Shown: piece after piece, positions 38,636-49,283 of the stretch
Layout of the letters: each line of letters begins with the position of its first letter
Numbering within the stretch: position 1 is the first letter of the stretch
Assembly: GCA_046052125.1 (NCBI GenBank)
Contig: JBJOMY010000009.1
Location: forward strand, 1 to 53,175
Reading direction: 5' to 3'
Origin: Cyanobacteriota bacterium
Lineage (GTDB): Bacteria > Cyanobacteriota > Cyanobacteriia > PCC-6307 > Cyanobiaceae
Length of the DNA stretch: 53,175 nucleotides
The notes under the pieces: model-generated
Database searches by the model: none
What the model saw: the letters and a program-made list of their open reading frames with translations, nothing else
What the model was told of the DNA's origin: nothing
Made by a program: the position numbers and the translations under genes

Positions 38636-38956
38636 ATGTCCACCGCTATCGCTCAGCAGAAGATCCGCATCCGCTTGAAGGCGTTTGACCGCCGCATGCT
38701 GGATCTGTCCTGCGAAAAAATCATTGAAACGGCTGATCACACCGCTGCAACAGCGATCGGCCCGATCCCCCTGCCCACCAAGCGCAAGATCTATTGCGTG
38801 CTGCGCTCGCCCCACGTGGACAAGGACTCCCGGGAGCACTTCGAGACCCGCACCCACCGCCGCATCATCGATATCTACAGCCCTTCGGCGAAAACCATCG
38901 ATGCCCTGATGAAGCTCGACCTTCCCAGTGGCGTGGACATCGAGGTGAAGCTCTGA
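38636..38956 (+). CDS. rpsJ: 30S ribosomal protein S10
   Basis: [31 protein letters not shown]. Confidence 0.99.
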   Translation: MSTAIAQQKIRIRLKAFDRRMLDLSCEKIIETADHTAATAIGPIPLPTKRKIYCVLRSPHVDKDSREHFETRTHRRIIDIYSPSAKTIDALMKLDLPSGVDIEVKL

Positions 38957-38987
38957 TCCGCTGAGCTCATTGAGAGAACAGCCCATC

Positions 38988-39011
38988 GCCCGCCCTCTGG
39001 CGGGCTTTTTT
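38988..39011 (+). terminator. Intrinsic terminator after rpsJ
   Basis: GCCCGCC-CTCT-GGCGGGC followed by TTTTTT. Confidence 0.9.
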
Positions 39012-39082
39012 ATTGCCCAGCTCTAGAGCACGAGGGCAGCAACGCGCTGCCTAGGATTCTGGCTACGACGATGTTCTGCCAC

Positions 39083-39757
39083 GTGACGCAACTGGCTGTG
39101 CGCGAACTGCCACTGTTCCCGTTGCCGGATGTGGTGCTGTTCCCCCAGGAAGTGCTGCCCCTGCACATCTTTGAGCCGCGCTACCGGATGATGCTGCGCA
39201 CGGTGCTCGAAACCGATCGCCGCTTCGGGATCGTGCGCTGGGATCCCCAGGAAGGACGGATGGCGGATGTGGGCTGCTGCGCTGAGATCCTGCAGTGCCA
39301 GACCCAATCCGACGATCGCAGCAACATCGTGACCCTGGGCCAGCAGCGTTTTCGCGTGCTGGAAGTGGTGCGCGAGGCCCCATTCAAAGTGGGTCTGGTG
39401 AGCTGGATTGAAGACGAGCATCCCGAGAGCCCAGACCGGCTCAGCGATCTCTCCAGCCAAGTGGGTCAAGCCCTGAAAGATGTGGTGGAACTCACCGGCA
39501 AGCTGATGGGCAAACCCACCAGCCTCCCCACCGACTTGCCCGATCTGCCGCGGGAATTGTCGTTCTGGATCGGATCACACCTGGGCGGCCCTGTGGCCGA
39601 TCAACAGCAAACCCTGCTGGAGATCACCGATACCGAAGAGCGGCTGCGGCAGGAATTCGAACTGCTCGATGAAACCAGGCGCCAATTAGCGGCTCGCACC
39701 GTGCTGCAGGACACGCTGCGCGACATGGATGACTCCAGCGCCGGCGAGGAGCGCTGA
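39083..39757 (+). CDS. Lon protease N-terminal substrate-binding domain protein (standalone)
   Basis: RELPLFPLPDVVLFP..LPLHIFEPRYR; no AAA+ or protease domain; start GTG 39083 or ATG 39071. Confidence 0.9.
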   Translation: MTQLAVRELPLFPLPDVVLFPQEVLPLHIFEPRYRMMLRTVLETDRRFGIVRWDPQEGRMADVGCCAEILQCQTQSDDRSNIVTLGQQRFRVLEVVREAPFKVGLVSWIEDEHPESPDRLSDLSSQVGQALKDVVELTGKLMGKPTSLPTDLPDLPRELSFWIGSHLGGPVADQQQTLLEITDTEERLRQEFELLDETRRQLAARTVLQDTLRDMDDSSAGEER

Positions 39758-39764
39758 TCCGCCG

Positions 39765-40742
39765 ATGCTTGTGTTTGCTGCGCTCTCGCCGCTGGCGGGT
39801 GGATTGATGTTGGCGGCCGCACTGCTTGCGGCACTGCTGCTGCTTGGGCTCTGGGTGTGGTCGTGGCGCGATCGCGCCTTTGAGAGCACCGCGAGCGTGG
39901 CGGATGCCTACGACCGCTGGACCGATGACCAGCTGCTGGAGCGGCTCTGGGGGGAGCACGTACACCTGGGCCACTACGGCAACCCACCGCGGCAGCGCGA
40001 TTTCCGCCGCGCCAAAGAAGACTTCGTGCACGAACTGGTGCGCTGGAGCGGCCTCGATCAACTGCCCAGCGGCAGCCGCGTGCTCGACGTGGGCTGCGGA
40101 ATCGGCGGCAGCGCCCGCATCCTGGCGCGCGATTACGGCCTGGATGTGCTCGGAATCAGCATCAGCCCTGGCCAGATCCGCCGCGCTCAGGAGCTCACAC
40201 CCGAGGGCCTCAGCTGCCGGTTCGCCGTGATGGATGCTCTGGCCCTGGAGCTTCCCGATCAGAGCTTCGATGCCGTGTGGAGCGTGGAAGCAGGCCCGCA
40301 CATGCCCGACAAGCAGCGCTACGCCGATGAACTGCTGCGGGTGCTCAAGCCTGGCGGCCGTCTTGCCGTGGCCGACTGGAATCGCCGCGACCCAGGCGTG
40401 CGCCCCCTCAATCGCCTCGAGCGCTGGGTGATGCACCAACTGCTGGTGCAGTGGGCCCACCCCGAATTCGCCAGCATCCCTGGGTTCCAGGCCAACCTCG
40501 AGCAAAGCCGCTGGGGCAGCGGGCTTCGGGTTGAAACCGGCGACTGGAGCCGCCAGACCCTTCCCTCCTGGATCGACTCCATCCTGGAAGGTCTGCGCCG
40601 GCCAGGGGCGGTGCTGGGCCTGGGCCCGAGGGCTGTGCTGATGGGCCTGCGCGAAACCCCCACCCTGCTGCTGATGCACTGGGGTTTTGACACCGGAATG
40701 ATGCAGTTCGGCGTGTTTCGGGCCCGCAAACCCGGCGGCTAG
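39765..40742 (+). CDS. SAM-dependent methyltransferase, gamma-TMT-like / cyanobacterial MPBQ-MSBQ methyltransferase (Sll0418-like)
   Basis: N-terminal TM, WGEHVHLGHY, VLDVGCGIGGS, WSVEAGPHMPDK, LKPGG..VADW. Confidence 0.82.
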   Translation: MLVFAALSPLAGGLMLAAALLAALLLLGLWVWSWRDRAFESTASVADAYDRWTDDQLLERLWGEHVHLGHYGNPPRQRDFRRAKEDFVHELVRWSGLDQLPSGSRVLDVGCGIGGSARILARDYGLDVLGISISPGQIRRAQELTPEGLSCRFAVMDALALELPDQSFDAVWSVEAGPHMPDKQRYADELLRVLKPGGRLAVADWNRRDPGVRPLNRLERWVMHQLLVQWAHPEFASIPGFQANLEQSRWGSGLRVETGDWSRQTLPSWIDSILEGLRRPGAVLGLGPRAVLMGLRETPTLLLMHWGFDTGMMQFGVFRARKPGG

Positions 40743-41572
40743 GCCGCTTCGAGCTGCGTGATCGGATAGGCGCCGAACACCGCCAGGTGCTCGCACAATG
40801 GCTTGAGCTCCTCAAGGGCCTGCTGCAGCGGCGCTTGGCCCTGGGGCAACTCAAGATCCACAAAGAAGATGTATTCGCCCATCTCCCGCTTCGAGGGGCG
40901 CGACTCAATGCGGGTCATGTTGAGCTCGCGGTGGGCGAAGCAGGCGAGCGCCTCCAGCAACGCTCCAGGCTGGTTGGCGTGCAGTGAGAACGCCAGACTG
41001 GCCAAAGGGCCCTCCAAGCTGCGCTCGCCCTGACGCAACAGCAGAAAGCGCGTGCAATTCCCGGCCACATCGTTGATCGGATAAGCCAGCACCTCAAGGC
41101 CGTGCTCCTCTGCAGCCTGCAAGGAGGCGATGGCGGCGCGGAAGCGGCTGCCAGCCACCATCCGGGCCGCATCGGCAGTGGAACTGGTGGGAAGCTGCAG
41201 CGCGGCGGGCAACTGGTCGCCAAGCCACTGGCTGCATTGGGCCAGGGCCTGGGGGTGGGAGAGCACCTCACTCACACCCGTGATCGGGCCACTACCCAGC
41301 AGGGCATGACGGATTGGCAGCACCAAAGCCCGCGCCACCCGCAGCTCGGGATGCTCCCAGAGCGCATCCATGCAGGCGGTCACGCCGCCCTCCACGGAGT
41401 TCTCCACCGGCACTACAGCCGCTTCGCAACGACCCTCCGCCAGAGCTTTCACCACAGCGCGGATGCCCACCTGGGGCAGCAGCTCGGGCGCCTCGATCGC
41501 CTCCAGGTCACACAACCGGATCGCTGCCTGCTCCCCGTAGGTACCGGCAGGACCAAGAAATGCAATGCGCAT
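40739..41572 (-). CDS. pheA: Prephenate dehydratase
   Basis: IAFLGPAGTY, VPVENSVEG, SHPQALAQC, NCTRF, ACT domain IESRP. Confidence 0.95.
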   Translation of the reverse strand: MRIAFLGPAGTYGEQAAIRLCDLEAIEAPELLPQVGIRAVVKALAEGRCEAAVVPVENSVEGGVTACMDALWEHPELRVARALVLPIRHALLGSGPITGVSEVLSHPQALAQCSQWLGDQLPAALQLPTSSTADAARMVAGSRFRAAIASLQAAEEHGLEVLAYPINDVAGNCTRFLLLRQGERSLEGPLASLAFSLHANQPGALLEALACFAHRELNMTRIESRPSKREMGEYIFFVDLELPQGQAPLQQALEELKPLCEHLAVFGAYPITQLEAA

Positions 41573-41625
41573 AGAAGCGGGGCAGGCCGTGCTGGATAGG
41601 ATCATGGCGCCCCGGCAGACGAGCA

Positions 41626-42147
41626 ATGCCCCTGGCCTTCAGCGCCAGTCAAGCTTTGCAGCTGTCGGTGAAACAGCACGCCGATCAATTGCCCGACTAC
41701 CTCAATGACGAGGAACGGGTGATTGGAGCCCTGCTCGATCCCAAACAGCTTGAGAACCTCGGCGGTGGCCGCTACCGCTACACCGTCACGCGGCTGCAGG
41801 TGTTCCAGCTGCAGATCCAACCGGTGGTGGAGCTGGTGGCCCGGCGGAGCGCCAACCGAATCGAGCTCGAAGCGGTGGACTGCCAGCTGGAGGGCCTCGG
41901 CATCGTGGACGATTTTCAACTCACGCTCGAGTCCTGGTTGGAGAGCAGCCCTGAGGGAGTGCACGGCGAGGCCGCCTTGGCGGTGAACGTCAGTCAGCCG
42001 AGCCTGCTCAAACTGATCCCAGTGAAGGTGCTGGAGGCCACCGGGCGATCCCTGTTGGCGGGCATCCTGTTGGGCATCAAAACCCGGGTGCAACAACAGC
42101 TGCTCAACGATTTCGAGGCCTGGTGCCTCGCGCCTGCGGGCCGCTAA
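41626..42147 (+). CDS. DUF1997-family hypothetical protein
   Basis: [35 protein letters not shown] pattern; sits between pheA and rnhB. Confidence 0.75.
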   Translation: MPLAFSASQALQLSVKQHADQLPDYLNDEERVIGALLDPKQLENLGGGRYRYTVTRLQVFQLQIQPVVELVARRSANRIELEAVDCQLEGLGIVDDFQLTLESWLESSPEGVHGEAALAVNVSQPSLLKLIPVKVLEATGRSLLAGILLGIKTRVQQQLLNDFEAWCLAPAGR

Positions 42148-42737
42148 GCGGGCAGCACGTTGCGGAGAAAGGAGCGCCGATGCAGCGGCGTGGCGCCCTG
42201 CTCCAGCAGCGCCTGGCGATGAAACGCCGTTCCATAGCCAGCGTGGCGCTCCAACCCATAAACGGGGTAACGCTCCGCCAGCCGAGTGATCAACGCATCG
42301 CGAGCCTGCTTGGCCAACACACTGGCCGCTGCAATCTCGAGATGCTCACTGTCGCCGCGCACCACGGTGCGCTGGGTCCCGCTCCACAAGCGCAGAGGCA
42401 GCACGCCATCCACCAGCACCAGGGCTGGGGCCGGGCCGGGTAGACGCTGCAGAGCCCGCAGCATCGCGCGTTCAGTGGCCGTGCGAATGCCCAACTGATC
42501 GATCTCACGAGCTGAGGCCTGGCCCAAGGCCCAGGCCTCAGCGTGCTGCTGAATCAAGGGCACCAGCTGGGCGCGTCGCCTCGACGTGAGCTTCTTGCTA
42601 TCGGTGAGTCCCGCTGTCGCCAGCGCGGCGTGGGCAGAAGCCGGCAGCACAACAGCCCCTGCGAATACGGGGCCGAACCAACAGCCGCGGCCCACCTCAT
42701 CGATGCCGGCGGTGCGCAGTTGGCCCCGATCGCTCAC
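42144..42737 (-). CDS. rnhB: Ribonuclease HII
   Basis: [33 protein letters not shown] overlaps rne stop. Confidence 0.95.
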   Translation of the reverse strand: MSDRGQLRTAGIDEVGRGCWFGPVFAGAVVLPASAHAALATAGLTDSKKLTSRRRAQLVPLIQQHAEAWALGQASAREIDQLGIRTATERAMLRALQRLPGPAPALVLVDGVLPLRLWSGTQRTVVRGDSEHLEIAAASVLAKQARDALITRLAERYPVYGLERHAGYGTAFHRQALLEQGATPLHRRSFLRNVLPA

Positions 42738-44803
42738 TCCGCTGCAGAAGAGCGGCGGCGGCGGCGGCGGGGCTCGGAGGACTCCTCCTCAACGGGTTCA
42801 GCGGCAGCCGCTGCGGCAACAGAAGCAGAGTCGTCGACCAGGGGCAACACGGCTACTGCAGCTGATGCAGCGGCCGCCGGGGCAGCGTTGCGGCCACGGC
42901 TGCGCACACGGCGCCCCTGGGCCGCTTCCGGCTCAGGTGATGCCGTGACCAACTCAAGACCGCTCTCGGGAAGCACCGGAACGGTGGGGAAGGTTTCCAC
43001 CGGCAAGGGCGTGATTTCCACGGTGACCGGCAGGGGCTCAGCAACAGGGACGCTGCCATAGCCATTGCCATTGCCCGGAGCGGCTCCCGATGCGGGGGCG
43101 GGGGCAGGATTGGAGCCGCGGCCACGGCGGCGGCGACGCGGACCAGCGGCCGCCAGCTGCTGGCGGGCCTCCTCGAGCACTGCTTCGGCATCCTCGCCAG
43201 GGCGCACCACCCGCACCACCAGGTTGTCGGCGGTGGGGACAGGCTCAAGCAGCAGGGCTGGATTCAAGCCCAGCCAGCCGTACACGAGCTCGTGCTCCGC
43301 ATCCATGGGAACAGCCACGAGCTCCGGCTCGGGCCTGCGGGAGCTGGGCTCTGCCGCCGCCGTGGCCGCCTCGTGGGAGAGACCCGGGACGCTGGTAACG
43401 GCGGTGCTTTCGTCGTAGCTGCTGAACTCAGCGGACTCGGCGCCGCCACGGCCACCACGGCCACCGCGGCGGCGGCGACCGCCACCACCCGCTTCTGCAC
43501 TCGCCGGGCTGTACACCTCGGCCCGGGCCGAAGCAGCCGATCGCACCAGACCAGGCGCGGCAGCGAGGGGCTGGAGGCTGTCTTTGCCGGGCAGCACCGC
43601 CACGTGGCCCAAGCCGCCACAGCTGGGGCAGGCCCGACCGAACAGTTCGTAGATGTTCTGGCCCTGGCGCTTGCGGGTGAGCTCCACCAGGCCCAATTCG
43701 CTGATCTGGGCGATCTGCGGACGCGCCGAATCGGGGCGCATGGCAGCTGTGAAGTGTTCCAGCAGCTGCAGCTGATCGCGGCGCGACTCCATATCAATGA
43801 AGTCGATGATCACCACACCACCGATGTTGCGCAGCTTGAGCTGACGTGCGATCTCGGTGGCGGCTTCGTAGTTGGTCCAAAGCACGGTTTCCCGGGCATT
43901 GGCGGAGCGGGTGAACGAGCCCGAGTTCACGTCGATCACCGTGAGCGCCTCGGTGGGCTCGATGATCACGTAACCGCCGGAAGGCAGATCAACGCGCGGC
44001 TTGAGGGCATCGCGGATCGCGGCGTTCACCTTGAAGGCTTCCAGGATCTCGCCGGAGTCGAGGTGTTGCTCCACCTGCACCTGGCCTTGGTCCTGACCCA
44101 GGAAGGCATTCACCCGGCCGACACCATCGGCGCTATCGAGCACGATCCGGGTCACCTCGGGGGAGAAGTGATCCCGGAGGATGCGATGAATGAAGTCTTC
44201 GTCGCGGTTGAGCAGCACCGGCGGCGATGCGGTTTCTGCCGCGGTCTGGATCGCCTCCCACTGGCGCAGCAGCGCTTCAAGGTCGTCGATGAGCAGCTCT
44301 TCGCTCACCCCTTCGGCCTCGGTGCGAATCAGCAGCCCAGCACCGGGAGGCTTGATCAGCACGCCGAGAGCCCGCAGACGATTGCGCTCGCTTTCCGCGT
44401 TAATCCGGCGGGAGATGTTCACCCCCTGGCCGTGGGGCTGAAGGATCAGGAAACGGCCCGGCAGCGTTAGGTTGCCGGTGAGGCGGGGGCCTTTGGTGCC
44501 GGTGGGCTCCTTCATCACCTGCACCAGCACCTTCTGGCGCGGCTCCAGCAATTCGGTGATCCCGAGCGTGCCCTTTCTGAGGCGCAGTGGCCCCAGATCA
44601 GTGACATGAATAAAGCCGTTCTTCTCGCCTTCGCCGATATTTACGAATGCGGCATCAATCCCGGGCAACACGTTTTCAACGGTGCCGAGGTAGACGTCGC
44701 CGATCTGGTAGCGGCCCTGGGCCACCACCAATTCATCCACACGGTCATCGGTGAGCACTGCGGCGATCCGCAGCTGCTCGGCGATGACGATCTGCTGAGG
44801 CAT
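42734..44803 (-). CDS. rne: Ribonuclease E
   Basis: S1 domain GDVYLG, KGPRLT, IDVNSG, IIDFIDM, CPSCGG zinc link; disordered C-half ending [11 protein letters not shown]. Confidence 0.97.
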   Translation of the reverse strand: MPQQIVIAEQLRIAAVLTDDRVDELVVAQGRYQIGDVYLGTVENVLPGIDAAFVNIGEGEKNGFIHVTDLGPLRLRKGTLGITELLEPRQKVLVQVMKEPTGTKGPRLTGNLTLPGRFLILQPHGQGVNISRRINAESERNRLRALGVLIKPPGAGLLIRTEAEGVSEELLIDDLEALLRQWEAIQTAAETASPPVLLNRDEDFIHRILRDHFSPEVTRIVLDSADGVGRVNAFLGQDQGQVQVEQHLDSGEILEAFKVNAAIRDALKPRVDLPSGGYVIIEPTEALTVIDVNSGSFTRSANARETVLWTNYEAATEIARQLKLRNIGGVVIIDFIDMESRRDQLQLLEHFTAAMRPDSARPQIAQISELGLVELTRKRQGQNIYELFGRACPSCGGLGHVAVLPGKDSLQPLAAAPGLVRSAASARAEVYSPASAEAGGGGRRRRGGRGGRGGAESAEFSSYDESTAVTSVPGLSHEAATAAAEPSSRRPEPELVAVPMDAEHELVYGWLGLNPALLLEPVPTADNLVVRVVRPGEDAEAVLEEARQQLAAAGPRRRRRGRGSNPAPAPASGAAPGNGNGYGSVPVAEPLPVTVEITPLPVETFPTVPVLPESGLELVTASPEPEAAQGRRVRSRGRNAAPAAAASAAVAVLPLVDDSASVAAAAAAEPVEEESSEPRRRRRRSSAAE

Positions 44804-45196
44804 GGAAGGTCAGGAGAGGACCTGCAGAAGGCAGGTCGGGGATGGAGAAATGGACTGGCGCTCTGCGCCTTGCACACCGTTCAGACAGCTCACCCGACAT
44901 CGCCGATGCAGGGGAAGAACTGAAACAGCCGTGCTCAAAAAATTCAGTGGAAACGCCGGGAATGACAGCGGCGAGCGGCCTGGGGCCGATTGGGTTGAAG
45001 GCCGATGGCCCTAATGGAGCGGGGCCAGAGGCCCAATGAAACCGGGATCCTGATCTGATCGGAACCCGTCTGAACGGCGCCGCAGCGGGCAGCTTTCAGG
45101 AAGAGAGGTTCGAGAAAACTGCTGCGGGAACAAACGAGCGAGCTGAGCTGAGAAGCTGAGCCGGATCGAAGTTCAACCGTTAGAGCGAAGCTAGCA
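44804..45196 (-). promoter_or_regulatory. rne promoter and long (about 380 nt) 5' UTR
   Basis: Extended -10 TGcTAGCTT (minus, 45188-45196); no credible ORF; U6 tract (44937-44942) and several inverted repeats. Confidence 0.6.
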
Positions 45197-45205
45197 CGGT
45201 CGTTT

Positions 45206-47881
45206 TCAGGGATTGGAGCTCTGCTGTAGCTGCAACGATTCCCTGCGCAGGCTCACCATCTCCAGCTCAACGGCCAGCCGCTCAGCGAACCAATGCTGCA
45301 GCTGCTCTGGCCGCAAGCTGCGGCCGGCCGGATCCACTTCAGCGCTGTAACGCAGGCGCACGTTGCCTGGCTCAGGAGCGGCTGACCACTCCAGGCTCTG
45401 GAGGTAAGGGCGACAGTCGCGCTGGCGCGGCCGTCCCTTCTTATCCGTGTCCTGCCAGATCCAGCTGTCGCTGGCGAGCAGCGCATCCACGGCCCCCTGC
45501 CAGGCCTCATCCGGCAGCAGGTCAGCCACCGGACGCAGCTGCAACTGCCAGCAGGCACCCACCAATTCCTGCGAGAGGCTCGGCCCAGACACCGGCACCG
45601 CCTGCACCTGCTGCAGGGCAAAACCGCTGGGCAGCTGAGGCTGCAAACGCTCCAGTGCCGCTGCGGGGTCGATCTCGTGGATGAACTCAATATCCATCCA
45701 CTCCCCATCGGCCTCGGCACCCAGCGGCAGCGCCAGGGCGAACTGCACCCGCGGCAGGGGATGGAAACCACCGGTGAAGCTCACCGGCAGGCCGCTGCGC
45801 CGCAAGGCCCGCTCCATCAAGCGCACCAGATCCAGGTGACTCAGCAGGGCCAGCGAACCGGTTTTGCTGAAGCGGAACCGCAACCGCGCCACCCGCTCAC
45901 TGGCCGGAGCCCGCTGGGGCCGCTGCTCCGGAATCGCTGGCGGCGGCACCACCACGTTGTGGCCAAGCTCAGGGCCGCACACCCCACAGCTGCTGCAACC
46001 GTCGAAGGAACAGTCGGGCACCACGGCGGCCGCCAGGGCCTGGCGCAGGTCGTCCGCCAGCCAGCCCTTGTCAACTCCGGAATCGATGTGGTCCCACGGC
46101 AAAGGCTGGCTGCAGAACACCGCCAAATCATCGGGATCCATGCCCTCGACGGCACTCCACTCACCCAGCTCCAACTCCCGGTAGCGGCCGCCCAGGCCGG
46201 CGGCTTCGATCGCAGATGTCCAGGCCTCGTAGGTGCGATCGGCCGCTTCAAACCAGGCATCGAGGCCAGCACCAGCCCGCCAAGCGGCTTCGATCACCGG
46301 GGCCAGGCGGCGATCGCCGCGGCCCACGAAGTCCTCCATCGCGGAGAGGCGCACATCGGTGTAATTGGTTTTGATGCCGCGCATCCGCCGCAGCGCATCG
46401 CGCAGCAGCTGCTGGCGCCGCTGGAATTCCGCCGTGCTCACGCTGTGCCACTGGAAAGGCGTGTGCGGCTTGGGCGTGAAATTGCTGATCGTGAGGTTCA
46501 GCTCCAACCGCCCCAGATCGCGGCACTGCTGTTGCAACTGCCAGCAGGTATCGGCGATGCCGAGCACATCGGCATCGGTTTCACCCGGCAGGCCGATCAT
46601 GAAATAGAGCTTGATCTTGCGGTAACCGCTCTCCATGGCGGTGCGAATCCCCCGCAGCAGCTCGGCATCGGTGAGGCCCTTGTTCACGATGTCGCGCAGG
46701 CGTTGGGTGCCCGCCTCCGGCGCGAAGGTGAGGCCCGCCTTGCGGGTGCCGCCAAGGATGTGGGCGATGTTGCTGTCGAAGCGATCCACCCGCTGGCTGG
46801 GCAGGGTGAGGCTCACGTTCTTATCGGCCAGGCGGTTGCGCAGCTCCACGCCCACCGCCGGCAGAGCGAGGTAATCGGAGCAGCTGAGCGAGAGCAGCGA
46901 GAAATCGGAATAGCCGGTGCGCTCCATGCCGGTTTCGATCGCCTCGATCACCGCCTCGGGTTCCACATCGCGGGCGGGGCGGGTGAGCATGCCGGGCTGG
47001 CAGAAGCGGCAACCGCGGGTGCAGCCGCGGCGGATCTCCACCGTGAGCCGGTCGTGCACCGTTTCGATGTGGGGCACCAACCCCATGGCGTAGTGGGGCA
47101 TCGGCGTGGCGGTGCGCCGCAGCACCCGCGCCGGGATGCCCTGCACCAGCGGCATCTGGGTGATGCCATCGGGGCCGGGGCCGTAGAGCGAGGGCACGTA
47201 GACCCCAGGCACCTGGGCCAGATCGATCAGCAGCTCGCGGCGGCTCAGCCCGGCCGCCTTGGCTTCGGCCACCACCAGGCCGATCTCAGGCAGCACTTCC
47301 TCGCCATCGCCCAGCACCACAAAATCGAAGAAGGCCGCGAACGGCTCGGGGTTGCTGGTGGCGGTAGGGCCGCCGGCAAAGATGAGCGGCGGCGCCGCCG
47401 GATCCGCCAAGGGCAGATCGCCGCGATCTGAGGCGCGGATCGGGATCTGCGCCAACTCCAGCATCGAGAGGATGTTGGTGGCACCGAGCTCGTAGCTGAG
47501 CGAGAAGCCGAGGATGTCGAAAGCGGGCAGCGGCCGGCGGCTCTCCACCGCGAAGAGAGCCTCGCCTCGCTCCCGCAGCCGCTCCGCCAGATCAGGCCCC
47601 GGCAGATAGCTGCGGTCACACAGCTGACCCGGAACGCTGTTGAGGATCGAATAGAGAATGATGTGGCCGGTATTGCTCGAGCCCACCTCGTAGATCTCGG
47701 GGTAGGTGAGCGCCCAGCGAACGCCGGCCGCCGGCCAGGCCTGATCCCAGTCGCGCGGCTGCACCCCCAGCTCATTGCCGAGGTAACGGCCCGGCTTGGC
47801 GATGGTGCGGTCCACTAGGGCCGCGAAATCCACGGGCGCATCGCCTGGCGCACCGACCGGCTGAACTGGAGCAACGGTCAC
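45206..47881 (-). CDS. B12-binding-type radical SAM protein (TIGR03960-like) fused to radical-SAM-linked TIGR03936/DUF2344 domain
   Basis: KPGRYLGNE, YPEIYEVG, GFSLSYEL, RGCTRGCRFCQ, APEAGTQRLR, PKPHTPFQW, LPWDHID, CSFDGCSSCGVC, then SHLDLVR..RALRR..GGFHP..ALPLG; start (GTG 47881 vs 47965) uncertain. Confidence 0.9.
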   Translation of the reverse strand: MTVAPVQPVGAPGDAPVDFAALVDRTIAKPGRYLGNELGVQPRDWDQAWPAAGVRWALTYPEIYEVGSSNTGHIILYSILNSVPGQLCDRSYLPGPDLAERLRERGEALFAVESRRPLPAFDILGFSLSYELGATNILSMLELAQIPIRASDRGDLPLADPAAPPLIFAGGPTATSNPEPFAAFFDFVVLGDGEEVLPEIGLVVAEAKAAGLSRRELLIDLAQVPGVYVPSLYGPGPDGITQMPLVQGIPARVLRRTATPMPHYAMGLVPHIETVHDRLTVEIRRGCTRGCRFCQPGMLTRPARDVEPEAVIEAIETGMERTGYSDFSLLSLSCSDYLALPAVGVELRNRLADKNVSLTLPSQRVDRFDSNIAHILGGTRKAGLTFAPEAGTQRLRDIVNKGLTDAELLRGIRTAMESGYRKIKLYFMIGLPGETDADVLGIADTCWQLQQQCRDLGRLELNLTISNFTPKPHTPFQWHSVSTAEFQRRQQLLRDALRRMRGIKTNYTDVRLSAMEDFVGRGDRRLAPVIEAAWRAGAGLDAWFEAADRTYEAWTSAIEAAGLGGRYRELELGEWSAVEGMDPDDLAVFCSQPLPWDHIDSGVDKGWLADDLRQALAAAVVPDCSFDGCSSCGVCGPELGHNVVVPPPAIPEQRPQRAPASERVARLRFRFSKTGSLALLSHLDLVRLMERALRRSGLPVSFTGGFHPLPRVQFALALPLGAEADGEWMDIEFIHEIDPAAALERLQPQLPSGFALQQVQAVPVSGPSLSQELVGACWQLQLRPVADLLPDEAWQGAVDALLASDSWIWQDTDKKGRPRQRDCRPYLQSLEWSAAPEPGNVRLRYSAEVDPAGRSLRPEQLQHWFAERLAVELEMVSLRRESLQLQQSSNP

Positions 47882-48006
47882 GGCGGCGACGGCAGCGCTG
47901 AATCGATCGTATGCAGCAGCGCGATGCGCATGCTCACCCCAACTGGCCACCGCCGCATAGGACAATCGCGCCCAGTACCCAGGGGCCCGCGCGGCCCATA
48001 CGCGAC

Positions 48007-49257
48007 ATGGCCCAGGTCAACGGCAACTACCTCAAGCTCAAGGCGGGCTATCTGTTCCCCGAGATCGCCCGGCGGGTGAAGGCCTTCAGCGAGGCCAACC
48101 CCAGTGCGCCGATCATCCGCCTGGGCATCGGCGATGTAACTGAACCGCTGCCCGAGGCCTGCCGCACAGCGATGAAGGCTGCCGTTGATGAGATGGGCAC
48201 CCGCGAAGGCTTCCATGGCTATGGCCCGGAGCAGGGTTATCTGTGGCTGCGTGAGGCGATCGCCGAGCACGATTTCCAGGCCCGCGGCTGCCAGATCTCC
48301 GCTGAAGAGATCTTCGTGTCGGACGGCTCGAAGTGCGACAGCGCCAACATCCTCGACATCCTCGGCGCCGGCAATCGCATCGCTGTGACCGACCCGGTGT
48401 ACCCGGTGTATGTGGACAGCAACGTGATGGCGGGCCGCACCGGCGATGCTGATGACGCCGGCCAGTACGGCGGCCTCACCTACCTGCCGATCAGCGCCGA
48501 GAACGGCTTCACCGCGCAGATCCCCACAGAAAAGGTGGATCTGATCTACCTCTGCTTCCCGAACAACCCCACCGGTGCGGTGGCCAGCAAGGAGCAGCTC
48601 AAGGCCTGGGTGGACTACGCCCGCGCCAACGGCTCGCTGATCCTGTTTGACGCCGCCTACGAGGCCTTCATCCAGGACCCCTCGCTGCCCCACTCGATCT
48701 ATGAAATCGAGGGTGCCCGTGAGTGCGCGATCGAGTTCCGCTCCTTCTCCAAGAACGCCGGCTTCACCGGCACCCGCTGCGCCCTCACCGTGGTGCCCCG
48801 TGGCCTGATGGGCACCGCGGCCAACGGCGAACGAGTGGAGCTGTGGGGCCTGTGGAACCGCCGCCAGTGCACCAAGTTCAACGGCGTGAGCTACATCGTG
48901 CAGCGCGGCGCCGAGGCCGTGTATTCCCCTGAAGGCCAGGCCCAGGTGAAGGGCTTGATTGCCTTCTATATGGAGAACGCCGCGATCATCCGCCGCGAAC
49001 TGAGCGCCGCTGGGCTGCAGGTGTACGGCGGCGAACAGGCTCCTTACGTGTGGATCAAAACCCCCGCGGGCGTGGATTCCTGGGGCTTCTTTGATCTGCT
49101 GCTGAGCCAGGCCAACGTGGTGGGCACCCCCGGCAGCGGCTTCGGCGCCGCCGGCGAGGGCTACTTCCGCCTCTCGGCCTTCAACAGCCGCGAGAACGTG
49201 CTCGAAGCGATGCGCCGCATTCAGGCCGCTCTGGCCCCGGCGGCCGCTGCAGCCTGA
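48007..49257 (+). CDS. dapL: LL-diaminopimelate aminotransferase
   Basis: [49 protein letters not shown]. Confidence 0.97.
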   Translation: MAQVNGNYLKLKAGYLFPEIARRVKAFSEANPSAPIIRLGIGDVTEPLPEACRTAMKAAVDEMGTREGFHGYGPEQGYLWLREAIAEHDFQARGCQISAEEIFVSDGSKCDSANILDILGAGNRIAVTDPVYPVYVDSNVMAGRTGDADDAGQYGGLTYLPISAENGFTAQIPTEKVDLIYLCFPNNPTGAVASKEQLKAWVDYARANGSLILFDAAYEAFIQDPSLPHSIYEIEGARECAIEFRSFSKNAGFTGTRCALTVVPRGLMGTAANGERVELWGLWNRRQCTKFNGVSYIVQRGAEAVYSPEGQAQVKGLIAFYMENAAIIRRELSAAGLQVYGGEQAPYVWIKTPAGVDSWGFFDLLLSQANVVGTPGSGFGAAGEGYFRLSAFNSRENVLEAMRRIQAALAPAAAAA

Positions 49258-49283
49258 TCGGCTGCCTAAAGTCCGCTGTCGTC

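Noticed and set aside
44802..45039. Short plus-strand ORFs upstream of rne
   Set aside because: Better explained as the antisense of the rne 5' UTR; no RBS or motifs.
43292..47431. Plus-strand ORFs of 392 and 584 aa opposite rne and the radical SAM gene
   Set aside because: Antisense shadows.
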